DNA of 64,000 bases, taken from positions 39,100-103,099 of the forward strand of contig JBCCVD010000012.1 in the NCBI GenBank assembly GCA_039195745.1. Direction: 5' to 3'. A model generated the notes under the pieces. That model saw nothing but the letters and a program-made list of their open reading frames with translations, made no database searches and was not told the DNA's origin. The first letter of the stretch is position 1, and every line of letters starts with the position of its first letter. Shown here piece by piece: positions 18,125-26,695 of this stretch. The DNA comes from Pseudomonadota bacterium. GTDB taxonomy: Bacteria; Pseudomonadota; Alphaproteobacteria; Rhodobacterales; Rhodobacteraceae. The translations under genes and the position numbers were made by a program.

Positions 18125-20059
18125 ATGACCCAATCCGCCGATTTCATGGAATTGAAAGAAGACGACATCCGCGGCCATTACGCTGCCGCCACAGCCATGC
18201 TGGAAGGCGTCGATCACACGCCGCGTATTGCCAAGGCGAAGGAGGCGCCCGCGCAGGAGCGCTCCAGCGGGATCGGAACACGGCGCAGGTTTCGCTCTAC
18301 CACGCCGGGGCTGGTGACGCGCTCAACCGCGCGGCCCGAAGGCGTCAAGCTGATCGACCGGATCGAGGGGATTGGCGAGGACACGCTGCCCTCCGCTTTG
18401 CAAGCCACGACCCTGCAAGCCTTGCGCCGCGCGCTGGCCATCGCGCTGGAAACCGGCGCGCAATTTGCCGAGGCCACGGGATTGGCCGAACTGAAGCGAG
18501 AGAATCTCGAAGGTCGCCTCTCGGACGCCAAGAAGGCCGAATTCACCGATCTGCTCGCCGCCGAAGCGCTGGCCAGCCTGCACACATTCGCCAACGCCAC
18601 CTCCCTGTTGCTCAGCACCCAAGCCACAGAAACCACGGTGGAAATCGGTGCGGTCGAGGAAGTCCTGACTGACAATGCCCAACTCGCCCTGCACGGCGCT
18701 TTGTGGGAGCTTGATCAAGACCTGGCCCTTTTCGCAGATGACGATGCCAAGATGATCGCGACTGTTCTGTCCTTCACTGAACAGCTGATGGAGAAAGCCG
18801 CTTTGCGCGCTGCCAACACGCCCAGGCTAGAGCCGTTCAACACCGCCTCCTACCGCGTGGAGGCCGACGACCTGACGATCAACGGCTTCACCCCGGCGCG
18901 CGCCGCCAAGGGTTCCAAGCTGACCATGACCTTCAAGAAACCCAACGAGGTCGTCGGCAACCACATCGCCAAGTATCAAGCCATGAAGCTCGCCAAGATG
19001 CTGATGGCCTATGATTTCGACCGCAAGCTCAACCCCTTTGCCGAACTCGGTGGCTTCATCTTCACCTTCATGGGCGACGGTGCGCCGGGAACAGGGAAAA
19101 CCACGCTGATCCAAATGATGGCAGGCCTGATCTCCGGCTATTGCGAGACGGCTGGCTATGCTTTCCGCTACCAGAACCTGTCCACCGACAATATTGACAG
19201 CTATCAGGGCAAGTCCGGCCAGAACGCCAAGGCCTTCATCAACAATGTCATCGACCCGAACGTCATCGGGTTTGGGACGATTGACGATATCGACCAGCTT
19301 GCGGGCAAGCGCGGCGACCGGCAATCCTCGGCGGGTCAGTTGGAGATCACCGCTGTACTCATGGAAAGCTTCGCCGGTGCCAACACCGTTGTGCGCGGCA
19401 ATTGCACGTTCGGCATGTTCTCCAACTACCCCGAAAATGTCGATGACGCGCTGCGCCAACGGGCAGGCGCCCGCTTCCTGGTCGACGGGCCGCAAACCCG
19501 CGACGACTATGTCGATATTCTCAACCTGCTGATGGGCAAGAACCACGACATCCCCTTGGGCGATTTCGAGCCGTTTGCCGCGCAAGAGATCAAGAAAGCC
19601 GTCGCCGCCAGCTTTGAAAGCCATGGTAAACCGCATGAGGAAGGCCTGCTGAAAGTCTACGAAAAAGTCTCAAACGAGATCGGCGAGCTGAACACGATCA
19701 ACAAGCTCGGCACCTATCTCAAAGGCATCCAGGAGGCCGACCATCGCTTCACCGGCCGCGCCATCAAGAACATCACCGACGCCGTCAAAGTCCGCGCCAT
19801 GGATTTCGAGCTGCCCGATGAATGGATGGAAGAGCCCGACCTGTTTCTGTTCAAATCCTATGACGAGAAAAAGGGTATGATCGAGGAGCTGCGCCAGCCC
19901 ATCACGGTCGAGATGGTGATCCAGGAAATCAACCGCTACGCCGATTCAGAATTCCGCTACGCCGACAAAAGCGACGAAGTCGCGATTGCGAATATGGTGC
20001 GCGAATACGGGCTGACAGAGCAGGCGAAAAAGCGGTATCTGGAGAGTAAGGGTTCGTGA
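18125..20059 (+). CDS. Core gene C: AAA+ ATPase with a long unknown N-terminal domain
   Basis: Walker A GAPGTGKT, Walker B-like FGTIDDID, sensor-1/SRH FSNYPENVDDALRQRA. Confidence 0.9.
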   Translation: MTQSADFMELKEDDIRGHYAAATAMLEGVDHTPRIAKAKEAPAQERSSGIGTRRRFRSTTPGLVTRSTARPEGVKLIDRIEGIGEDTLPSALQATTLQALRRALAIALETGAQFAEATGLAELKRENLEGRLSDAKKAEFTDLLAAEALASLHTFANATSLLLSTQATETTVEIGAVEEVLTDNAQLALHGALWELDQDLALFADDDAKMIATVLSFTEQLMEKAALRAANTPRLEPFNTASYRVEADDLTINGFTPARAAKGSKLTMTFKKPNEVVGNHIAKYQAMKLAKMLMAYDFDRKLNPFAELGGFIFTFMGDGAPGTGKTTLIQMMAGLISGYCETAGYAFRYQNLSTDNIDSYQGKSGQNAKAFINNVIDPNVIGFGTIDDIDQLAGKRGDRQSSAGQLEITAVLMESFAGANTVVRGNCTFGMFSNYPENVDDALRQRAGARFLVDGPQTRDDYVDILNLLMGKNHDIPLGDFEPFAAQEIKKAVAASFESHGKPHEEGLLKVYEKVSNEIGELNTINKLGTYLKGIQEADHRFTGRAIKNITDAVKVRAMDFELPDEWMEEPDLFLFKSYDEKKGMIEELRQPITVEMVIQEINRYADSEFRYADKSDEVAIANMVREYGLTEQAKKRYLESKGS

Positions 20060-20340
20060 ACAGGTTCAACTTCGCGACGAGTTTCTATCCTCAAGCAGAT
20101 GAAAAACCCTTCCATTTTGCGGAGCGGTATCAGGGCGGCATAACTTACGATCCAATTCCCAAATGCGACGTCAATGTTGCCTGTATGTTTCCCGAAATGG
20201 CGTTTGCACCGCCCATGTTTCATCTCTTTATCAGCGCAGCGACCGTGCTCACTGTGTTGGGCTTGAGCGTCGTGCTATGGCTGCTAGCGCATGGCTTGCT
20301 CGGCGCAAAGCGGCTGCACATGAAGGTCGTGAGACAGTGA
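20056..20340 (+). CDS. Possible small protein with C-terminal TM (insert or relic)
   Basis: GTGA overlap with the ATPase stop; hydrophobic MFHLFISAATVLTVLGLSVVLWLLAHGLLG; N-terminal half looks atypical. Confidence 0.35.
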   Translation: MNRFNFATSFYPQADEKPFHFAERYQGGITYDPIPKCDVNVACMFPEMAFAPPMFHLFISAATVLTVLGLSVVLWLLAHGLLGAKRLHMKVVRQ

Positions 20341-20605
20341 CCTTCGATACCAAACATCTTTCCAACCCTGTGCGCTTCGCATCGGAAGACAGCGTCAGAC
20401 CGGGGGGCGGCGATCTGAGGGTGCTTCGATCACACAAATCGCCAGTCCTCTCGGGCGGTCTGCAATGCCCACGGTCTGAAAATCGGGCATGTACTGCTGG
20501 TTGATAGCTGACCAACCTGCCTTTGGCTCAACTGTCTTGAATGACCGCTATCATATAGCTCCACATTTTTTATACTGGATTGGGATGGGAAGTGGAGGAG
20601 CTCGT

Positions 20606-21424
20606 ATGACCAGTTGGCATCTAGACGAAACCCATCTGACATCGGCTGGATCGGTCGCTGCCGGTCGCACAGGTGCCGGACCAGACCTCGTGCTGGCGCA
20701 TGGCTGGCCTTGGTCGTCGTATTCCTGGCATCGCGTTATTCCTGAGTTGGCGAAGTCCTTTACCGTTTACTGGTACGACATGCCTGGCTACGGCAAATCG
20801 AGTAAATCAAAAAACCAACGGACGTCGCTGGATGTCCAAGGTAAGGTTTTCGCGGAGCTTCTAGCGCTTTGGGGTTTGTCGAAACCAAGAGTGGTCGCGC
20901 ATGATTTCGGCGGTGCAACGACGCTCAGGGCGCATCTTTTGCATGGATGCGAGTTCGAGCAACTGCTGCTAATGAACGTAGTGGCAATGCGTCCCTAGGG
21001 ATCGGATTTCTTTGATCATGTCGGGCGACATGTCGATGCCTTTCAGGGCTTGCCACCCCATATCCACAAGGCGGTGGTTGCGGCCTATATCCAAGGTGCA
21101 TTGGTCAATGACATTCCTGTTGAGGATTTTGATGCCTTGGTCGCTCCATGGCTCAATGAGGATGGCGCGACGAGCTTCTATCGCCAATTTGCTCAAGCAG
21201 ACGAAAGATATACAGAAGAGGTCGAGGCTCAGTTTGGCGATGTTCGCTGTCCGGTGAAAATCGTTTGGGGTGAAGATGATCCATGGATACCGCTCGACAG
21301 AGGCAAAGCATTGCATCAGCTCATGCCCAAAGCTCAGTTCGTCACCATCCCCGGTGCGGGCCACATGCCCCAACTCGAAACTTCGGAAACAGTCCTGAAG
21401 GAAGTGTTGAAGTTTTTTAAGTAA
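20606..21424 (+). pseudogene. Alpha/beta hydrolase (Asp-nucleophile, epoxide hydrolase/dehalogenase-like) interrupted by one in-frame TAG
   Basis: ATG 20606 after GGAGG; AHGWP, AHDFGG, WGEDD, GAGH motifs; TAG at 20996-20998 in MRP*GSDFF, same frame open to 21424. Confidence 0.85.
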
Positions 21425-21589
21425 ACCCAAATCACGGAAAGCAGACTTTTGGGGCACGGTGCAGCATCGATCAAAGTGGACCCAAAAGCCGACGTTAGCG
21501 AAAAACGGAAACGGCTTCGGTTTAAGCCACGTTCCTTGCGTAACACTTTCCGTTAAAGCTATGCTCGCGCCTGTAAGTATGGGGGGCGC

Positions 21590-22219
21590 ATGAGAGCATC
21601 GAAACACGTCTGGCGCATCGCTTTGATGGCGCTGGTAGGGCTTTTGGGCGGGGCTTTTGCAGCAGCCTTAACTCTGCAAAGCTCCGACCTTTTCAGCTTG
21701 ATACCGCCGCCGACGGAGCTCAATCCGAACCCAGCCGCTGACGTCACGCCTGACCGCATCCTCAGCCTTTATCAATCCGCCTTCACCGCTTGGGCCGCGC
21801 TTGTTCTGTTGGTTCCGGCCTATATCTTCGTGTGGTTGCGCACGCATGATGCCGCGTGGTTGGCGTTTTGGACGACGAGCTACATCGCCTATGTGATCCA
21901 CCTCTATGTCTCTGCCTTCTGGTTCTTCGAAGGGGATTTCGAGGCCATGACCACCTCCTCCCGCGTGTCAGCTTTCTTGCCGGGCATGGCCGTCCTGATT
22001 TGGTGGGGCGTCGATGTGGTGATTGGATTTGCCAAGATACATGCCACATGGGTCACCGTGCAGCGTGTCATTGTGCATCTGCTGGTCTTTGTCCTCTTCG
22101 TCGGCGGATCAGCGGTGAAGGGAGAGACAGGATTGATTCAGCTTATGGGCTGGGCGCTGTTTGGTGCCGGTGTGGGGGCGACGGGTGTCGCTTCCCTCAA
22201 CCTTCGCAGGGCCGCATGA
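21590..22219 (+). CDS. Multi-TM hypothetical membrane protein (insert), 209 aa
   Basis: About six hydrophobic segments; ends in an ATGA overlap. Confidence 0.75.
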   Translation: MRASKHVWRIALMALVGLLGGAFAAALTLQSSDLFSLIPPPTELNPNPAADVTPDRILSLYQSAFTAWAALVLLVPAYIFVWLRTHDAAWLAFWTTSYIAYVIHLYVSAFWFFEGDFEAMTTSSRVSAFLPGMAVLIWWGVDVVIGFAKIHATWVTVQRVIVHLLVFVLFVGGSAVKGETGLIQLMGWALFGAGVGATGVASLNLRRAA

Positions 22220-22599
22220 TGGCCGCTCTTTTCCTTGCATCCGGCTGGTGCCTTGCAGCATAAGGCGCGCTTTTGGGGCGTTGGCGCGTGGGACGACTGG
22301 CGTTTAGGCGCGAAGAGCAGTCTCCAATCTACTTTCAAATGTCGCTCTTGATCACCTGTGTCGTCTGTTTCGGCATTGAATTGCGACGATACAGCCCGAA
22401 CGCGTTGTCAGTACGAACAGCGGTAGTGGTCGAGATGCTGATCGGTGTGGGTCTTGCGCTATTTTTGGTACATCAGAAACTTGCGAATAACGACAAGTCT
22501 TTCGCGGGCGTTGCCAAGGCTATCTTGTATCGCGGTCTGGGCGCTGAGCAGAGGCTGCGCGAATTCCTGTCTTGCCTGCTTCACACGGGTCGCGCATAA
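22216..22599 (+). pseudogene. Decayed ORF whose first 29 codons match the 23562 gene
   Basis: From 22219 MAALFLASGWCLAA*GALLGRWRVGRLAF versus MAALFLIVWIIPAAWGAFSGYWRAARPAL: 15/29 ungapped, TAA at the Trp position; frame continues open to 22599. Confidence 0.6.
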
Positions 22600-22651
22600 A
22601 GCACGTTGCGTTATTGCGCTTTAAATTGACTATGAGTTATCTGAGAAAAAG

Positions 22652-22999
22652 ATGAGTTCAGAAAATTCGCTCGGATTACTGATTTTACTTCTGGGTTTTC
22701 CTACGTTCCTGAGTGTTGCGGGCATATTGAATTTGTACTTTCGACGCGGAACGGCAACTTTTCTCTATTTGGGAACCGTAGTTCTGGCATTGCCTCTGGT
22801 CCTTTCTATGCTGGCCAATCTGTTTGCTGGGCCAAATGGTTCGATGGGCTCAGCGATCGCTGGTATTCTTTCGATGCCATTGGCGTTGGGAAGCGTTTGT
22901 TGTTTCTTCATAGCCACATTTATTGGAAGCGCACGCATTCCGAAATCTGAGTTCATAGCCTTGGTCGTTGCTGTGGTTGCAGTCATGTTGATGATTTAA
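22652..22999 (+). CDS. 4-TM hypothetical protein (low-GC insert), 115 aa
   Basis: Nearly all hydrophobic; one sampled 60-nt line is 40% GC versus 60% for a sampled line of the ATPase gene. Confidence 0.65.
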   Translation: MSSENSLGLLILLLGFPTFLSVAGILNLYFRRGTATFLYLGTVVLALPLVLSMLANLFAGPNGSMGSAIAGILSMPLALGSVCCFFIATFIGSARIPKSEFIALVVAVVAVMLMI

Positions 23000-23561
23000 G
23001 CCTTTTTTGCAGCGGCTACTTCAAATAATGCGCTGTTGTTGGCTGTTACTGGGGTCTACAGATTGGCATGAGTGTTAACCTATTGCTGTGCAAGTCGCAG
23101 CTCTGCGCATCCTTGTCTTAATCGCGCGTGCCTTCTGAGGCGCGGTGTTTTTGCAAGACTGCAACACGCTATCACTTCATCCACCCCCGACAGGCGCTTA
23201 GCCGTCTTCCGCATCGGATGCGTCGCTGGACGCGGTCTTTTCATTTCAAACCTTCGGTGCCATCGTTTGGTCAGCGTGCATTTTGCTGATTTGTGCTCAA
23301 AGCACGGTTTGAGTGTCCGTTTTTCGGTCCTGCGAGTTCATCGCCCGTCGGAACAGTTCAGGGGGAGGGCGCGCTCGGCCTGGGAAAAGCACATGCCAAT
23401 GAGATCAGAGGGTTAACATGCACCTGCTCGGTTTGGACCCTTTGCTGGCAGTGGTCGCGAAGCGGAGGGCGGCATTGATGCGGATGGTGGAGTGGGCTTT
23501 ACTATGCGCGGGCATCGCTGCACGTGCTGTGTCTCCTCTCAACCGAAGGAAGCTTGTGTAA

Positions 23562-23885
23562 ATGGCTGCGTTATTTCTCATCGTCTGGATCATTCCCGCC
23601 GCCTGGGGTGCCTTTTCCGGCTACTGGCGCGCGGCGCGGCCGGCGTTGAACCTTGGGGATTTTTCCAAGGATATCGGCATTGCCTTGATGACGGCCGCAG
23701 CGCCGATTTTCATGTTTCACATGGTCTGGGTTGGCGCGTTCATGGAAATGACGGGGGGGCTTTCTGCGCTGGGCTCCTGGGCGTGGTATTGGTCCTGGCT
23801 GACCGCGCTGATCTGGTTCCCGCTGATGGTCATCGCCTATATCTGGCGGGCAATGAAGATCAAGCGGGGGGCGCGGGGTTTGTGA
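23562..23885 (+). CDS. Trp-rich 3-TM hypothetical protein, 107 aa
   Basis: Hydrophobic segments, host-like GC; GTGA overlap with the next ORF. Confidence 0.7.
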   Translation: MAALFLIVWIIPAAWGAFSGYWRAARPALNLGDFSKDIGIALMTAAAPIFMFHMVWVGAFMEMTGGLSALGSWAWYWSWLTALIWFPLMVIAYIWRAMKIKRGARGL

Positions 23886-24241
23886 CCCTGCATGTCGCCT
23901 TTTTTCTGATCACCTTGGTTGTCCAGTTTCTGCTGGTCCATGTCATGACGACCCGCGCGTGGTTCCCGCAGATCCCCGTTGTGCCAGCCGCCATCGGGCA
24001 GGGCGTGTTGACCTTGATCGCCGTGGCCATTGCGGGCGGGTTTGTGTCTGGGATGCTCTGGTTCTCTCTGATTGCTTATCCGATCCTGTATTCCTGGGCC
24101 TTTGCGCCGGACCCGGACATGACGCAAAACCTGCAAGCCATGCAGGAAAATCGGGGCATTGTCTTCTTGCTTGTGATGTCCCCATATTTGTACATGCTGA
24201 TCCAGCTTTATGCCCGCATGATCGAACAGCGCAGAGCATGA
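23882..24241 (+). CDS. 3-4 TM hypothetical protein, 119 aa
   Basis: GTG 23882 overlapping the previous TGA; C-terminal half of track ORF 23492..24241, whose upstream part is a shadow of the 23562 gene. Confidence 0.65.
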   Translation: MTLHVAFFLITLVVQFLLVHVMTTRAWFPQIPVVPAAIGQGVLTLIAVAIAGGFVSGMLWFSLIAYPILYSWAFAPDPDMTQNLQAMQENRGIVFLLVMSPYLYMLIQLYARMIEQRRA

Positions 24242-24377
24242 GGTTGGCAGTCCTTCAGGAATGGCGATACAGTGGCGGCAGGCAATGTTTCTTGGGTTAA
24301 CATCTGGTAAATGAAATTTTGAAACCTTATATATATCATATGGTTAGTAAAATCCCCGCATGCGGGGCGTCCCGCTG

Positions 24378-25718
24378 ATGATGCGGCTCATCCAAAAAGG
24401 GTTGATGTATGGCAACCTGTTTCATGTCAGCTCACCGGCTTTGGTGGAGCGCTATAATCGCGCGCTCAAGCACCTGACCGGCAAGACCACGGGCCTCACG
24501 GATTTTCACATTGATATCGCAGGCTACGCACCCGAGGTCGGCGAAGAACTGGGCGATCATCTCTATATCAACCCGCAGGGCTGCAACCGGCAGTTCATCT
24601 TGCTGTCGACCGAGCAAAAGACAGCGCCGCTTCTGGATGCGAAATTCTCCACCAGCCGCGGGATTTTGAGGCAGTTCATCGAAGAAAACGAGGCGCAGCT
24701 CTTCGCTTTGACGGCGCGCGATGCGGTTGCGGGCGAGCTCGTCAATTCGATCTATACGGTCACGAAAGCGGCGCATCTGTTTGATATTCGCAAAATCAGG
24801 ATCGAAGCTGACACCACGGGCGGCCATGTGCGGGAGGCGGAGAAACTGGGGGCGATGATCGATGAATTCCGTACCCGCGACGATGCCTGGTGGGACGACG
24901 TTCTGATCGCAGATATGATCACGCTGGCCAAGAAAACCGGCGATGTGACCCGCGTGCCGATTGGTCTTGATCAGACCGAATATGAGCAACAGAATTTCTG
25001 GACCTCCCATTTTGGCGGGCTCTACGCCTTCCGCGATGTGAAAACGCCCGCGACAATCTGTGTGGGCGAGAAAGAGGCCGTTGGCACTCTGCCCACGGGG
25101 GAGACCATCGGCTTTGATGAATCCAACAAGATCGCGGCGTTTCTTGAACAGAACGATCTGGTAGAACCGATCGTCAAAGCAAAGGGCGTCAACTCCATCG
25201 ATATCCTGCGTCAGAAGCTCGACTTCATCATCGTCGATGTCGCGGCCACGATGGATGCAGATCTGACAGGGCTGCGTCGTTCTGATCTGCGTGGCCTCGC
25301 GCGGCGCTACGCGAGCTTGCTGCCGCAGGAGTTTCACCAGCTCAACGATCTGCTTCGCTGGGCGGAAGGCGGTGGTGGCTGGCCGCGGATCACCTCGAAA
25401 GACCCGGCCTATTTCTACACCTTACGCGCCACGAACCACAAAGACCGTGACCTTGTGAACCAGCTGCTGGCAGAGCTTGCGCCCCTGGATGTGCGTCAGC
25501 TTTTCATCTGTCACAAACAGCTCTTCTATGACCGCTACGCCACGTGGCCGGAGGAAAAGAAGGAATTCGTGGCGAATTTTCTCGAACGCGAGTATCAGGT
25601 GGACAAGGCGGGCGCGCGCGAGGCGCTGTTTGGACATGAAGATGCAATGGAAGAACCGCAGCCGGTCGATATCGTGGATGTGGTTGGTCCTTGGGGCGCG
25701 GTGAGGAGAGGGCGATGA
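24378..25718 (+). CDS. Core gene D: DUF6638-like protein
   Basis: N-terminus MMRLIQKGLMYGNL..SPALVERYNRAL recalled as a Rhodobacteraceae DUF6638 start (from memory, not searched); 446 aa, soluble. Confidence 0.7.
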   Translation: MMRLIQKGLMYGNLFHVSSPALVERYNRALKHLTGKTTGLTDFHIDIAGYAPEVGEELGDHLYINPQGCNRQFILLSTEQKTAPLLDAKFSTSRGILRQFIEENEAQLFALTARDAVAGELVNSIYTVTKAAHLFDIRKIRIEADTTGGHVREAEKLGAMIDEFRTRDDAWWDDVLIADMITLAKKTGDVTRVPIGLDQTEYEQQNFWTSHFGGLYAFRDVKTPATICVGEKEAVGTLPTGETIGFDESNKIAAFLEQNDLVEPIVKAKGVNSIDILRQKLDFIIVDVAATMDADLTGLRRSDLRGLARRYASLLPQEFHQLNDLLRWAEGGGGWPRITSKDPAYFYTLRATNHKDRDLVNQLLAELAPLDVRQLFICHKQLFYDRYATWPEEKKEFVANFLEREYQVDKAGAREALFGHEDAMEEPQPVDIVDVVGPWGAVRRGR

Positions 25719-25984
25719 TCCTTGGCATAATCAGACTGTCGGTCGTGGCCTTCTTCGTCATGCTGTTAGTCTATTTCGTTTTGTCCTGGTGGTCGCGGTC
25801 CGTGCGCCGCAAGAAGCTAGGGATCGAGTGGGATGAAGAGATCAAGGCAGGCGACCGCGAGGCCTTCATCGAAGAGGGGCTGGAAGATTATGACGGCTCC
25901 CTCCGCCGCAAGCTGATCATGGGCGTGTTCATCGTGCCCTACATGGTGATTGGCGTTTTGGTCTACGTCGTGAATTTTCAATAG
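25715..25984 (+). CDS. Core gene E: 89-aa 2-TM protein with acidic loop
   Basis: ATGA overlap with gene D; GAGGAG RBS; host-like codon usage. Confidence 0.75.
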   Translation: MILGIIRLSVVAFFVMLLVYFVLSWWSRSVRRKKLGIEWDEEIKAGDREAFIEEGLEDYDGSLRRKLIMGVFIVPYMVIGVLVYVVNFQ

Positions 25985-25996
25985 GGGAGCAGACCC

Positions 25997-26686
25997 ATGC
26001 ATTACATCAAACGCGCCTTTTGGACCGTGTTCTGGGTCCTGCTGATCGTCTTCCTGCATTACACGCTGCCACAACGCGATATCGCGCGTATCGTCGAAAC
26101 CGAAGTCCGCCGCGTCGATTTCGGAGAGAACTCCATTTTTTGGGCCGGCGCCGATACGGGCCAAGATGGCACGGGCGTGAACCGCGACATTCGGTTTGTG
26201 AACACCGTCCGTAAGACCACTTATCTGTTCGGCCTGATCCAGACCGGTCGGGAACGCCCCATGGTCTACCGCAACGAGGACACGGGCTGGGGCTGGCCGC
26301 CATATTTCAAATTGGATTCATCAAATTTGCAGACGGAAATGGCGGATAACAAAAGCACTGCAAATGATCCGCAATGGGTTGTGTTGACCCATTACGGCTG
26401 GCGCAATGAATTCCTGTCGATCTTCCCGAATGCTGTAGGGGTCCGACCGATTGAAGATCCAAACACTCGGCTTATACCATATTTCAATATCCTCATTCTG
26501 ATCATACTTGCAGGCCTGATGCTTGGTTTCTACCGGCTCACCCAATGGTTCCGCCGCGAAAAGATTGACCCGATTGTGGATAGCGCATCAGAGAAATGGG
26601 ACGGCGTCGATGCCTATGCGGATGAGAAACGCGCGGGGTTCCGCGGCTGGCTGGATAGCTTCAAGGGTAAGAAAAAGCGCTATTAG
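25997..26686 (+). CDS. Core gene F: DUF1523-like membrane-anchored protein
   Basis: FLHYTLPQRDI, MVYRNEDTGWGWPPYFK.DS.NLQ, YGWR.EFLSIFPNA; N- and C-terminal TMs. Confidence 0.8.
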   Translation: MHYIKRAFWTVFWVLLIVFLHYTLPQRDIARIVETEVRRVDFGENSIFWAGADTGQDGTGVNRDIRFVNTVRKTTYLFGLIQTGRERPMVYRNEDTGWGWPPYFKLDSSNLQTEMADNKSTANDPQWVVLTHYGWRNEFLSIFPNAVGVRPIEDPNTRLIPYFNILILIILAGLMLGFYRLTQWFRREKIDPIVDSASEKWDGVDAYADEKRAGFRGWLDSFKGKKKRY

Positions 26687-26695
26687 GTCGCCCGC

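Noticed and set aside
20340-20554. Possible decayed antibiotic-biosynthesis-monooxygenase gene on the minus strand (MIAVI..VEPKAG; W...A...WR)
   Set aside because: Needs several frameshifts and a large deletion to align; cannot be supported without a search.
23072-23561. Track ORFs 23072..23416, 23293..23478, the 5' half of 23492..24241, and a 47-aa ORF at 23418-23561
   Set aside because: Arg/Cys/Ser-rich or too short, with no RBS support; the region looks like decayed cassette material.
24238-24300. Short ATGA-coupled ORF MRLAVLQEW as a relic of the gene D start (MRLIQKG)
   Set aside because: Only three residues match; not distinguishable from chance.
24321-24348. Possible dif/pdif site that would let XerC/D move the cassettes
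   Set aside because: Only about 7/11 match to a XerD arm and no credible XerC arm (no CATAA-N6-TTATG); better explained as AT-rich promoter DNA.
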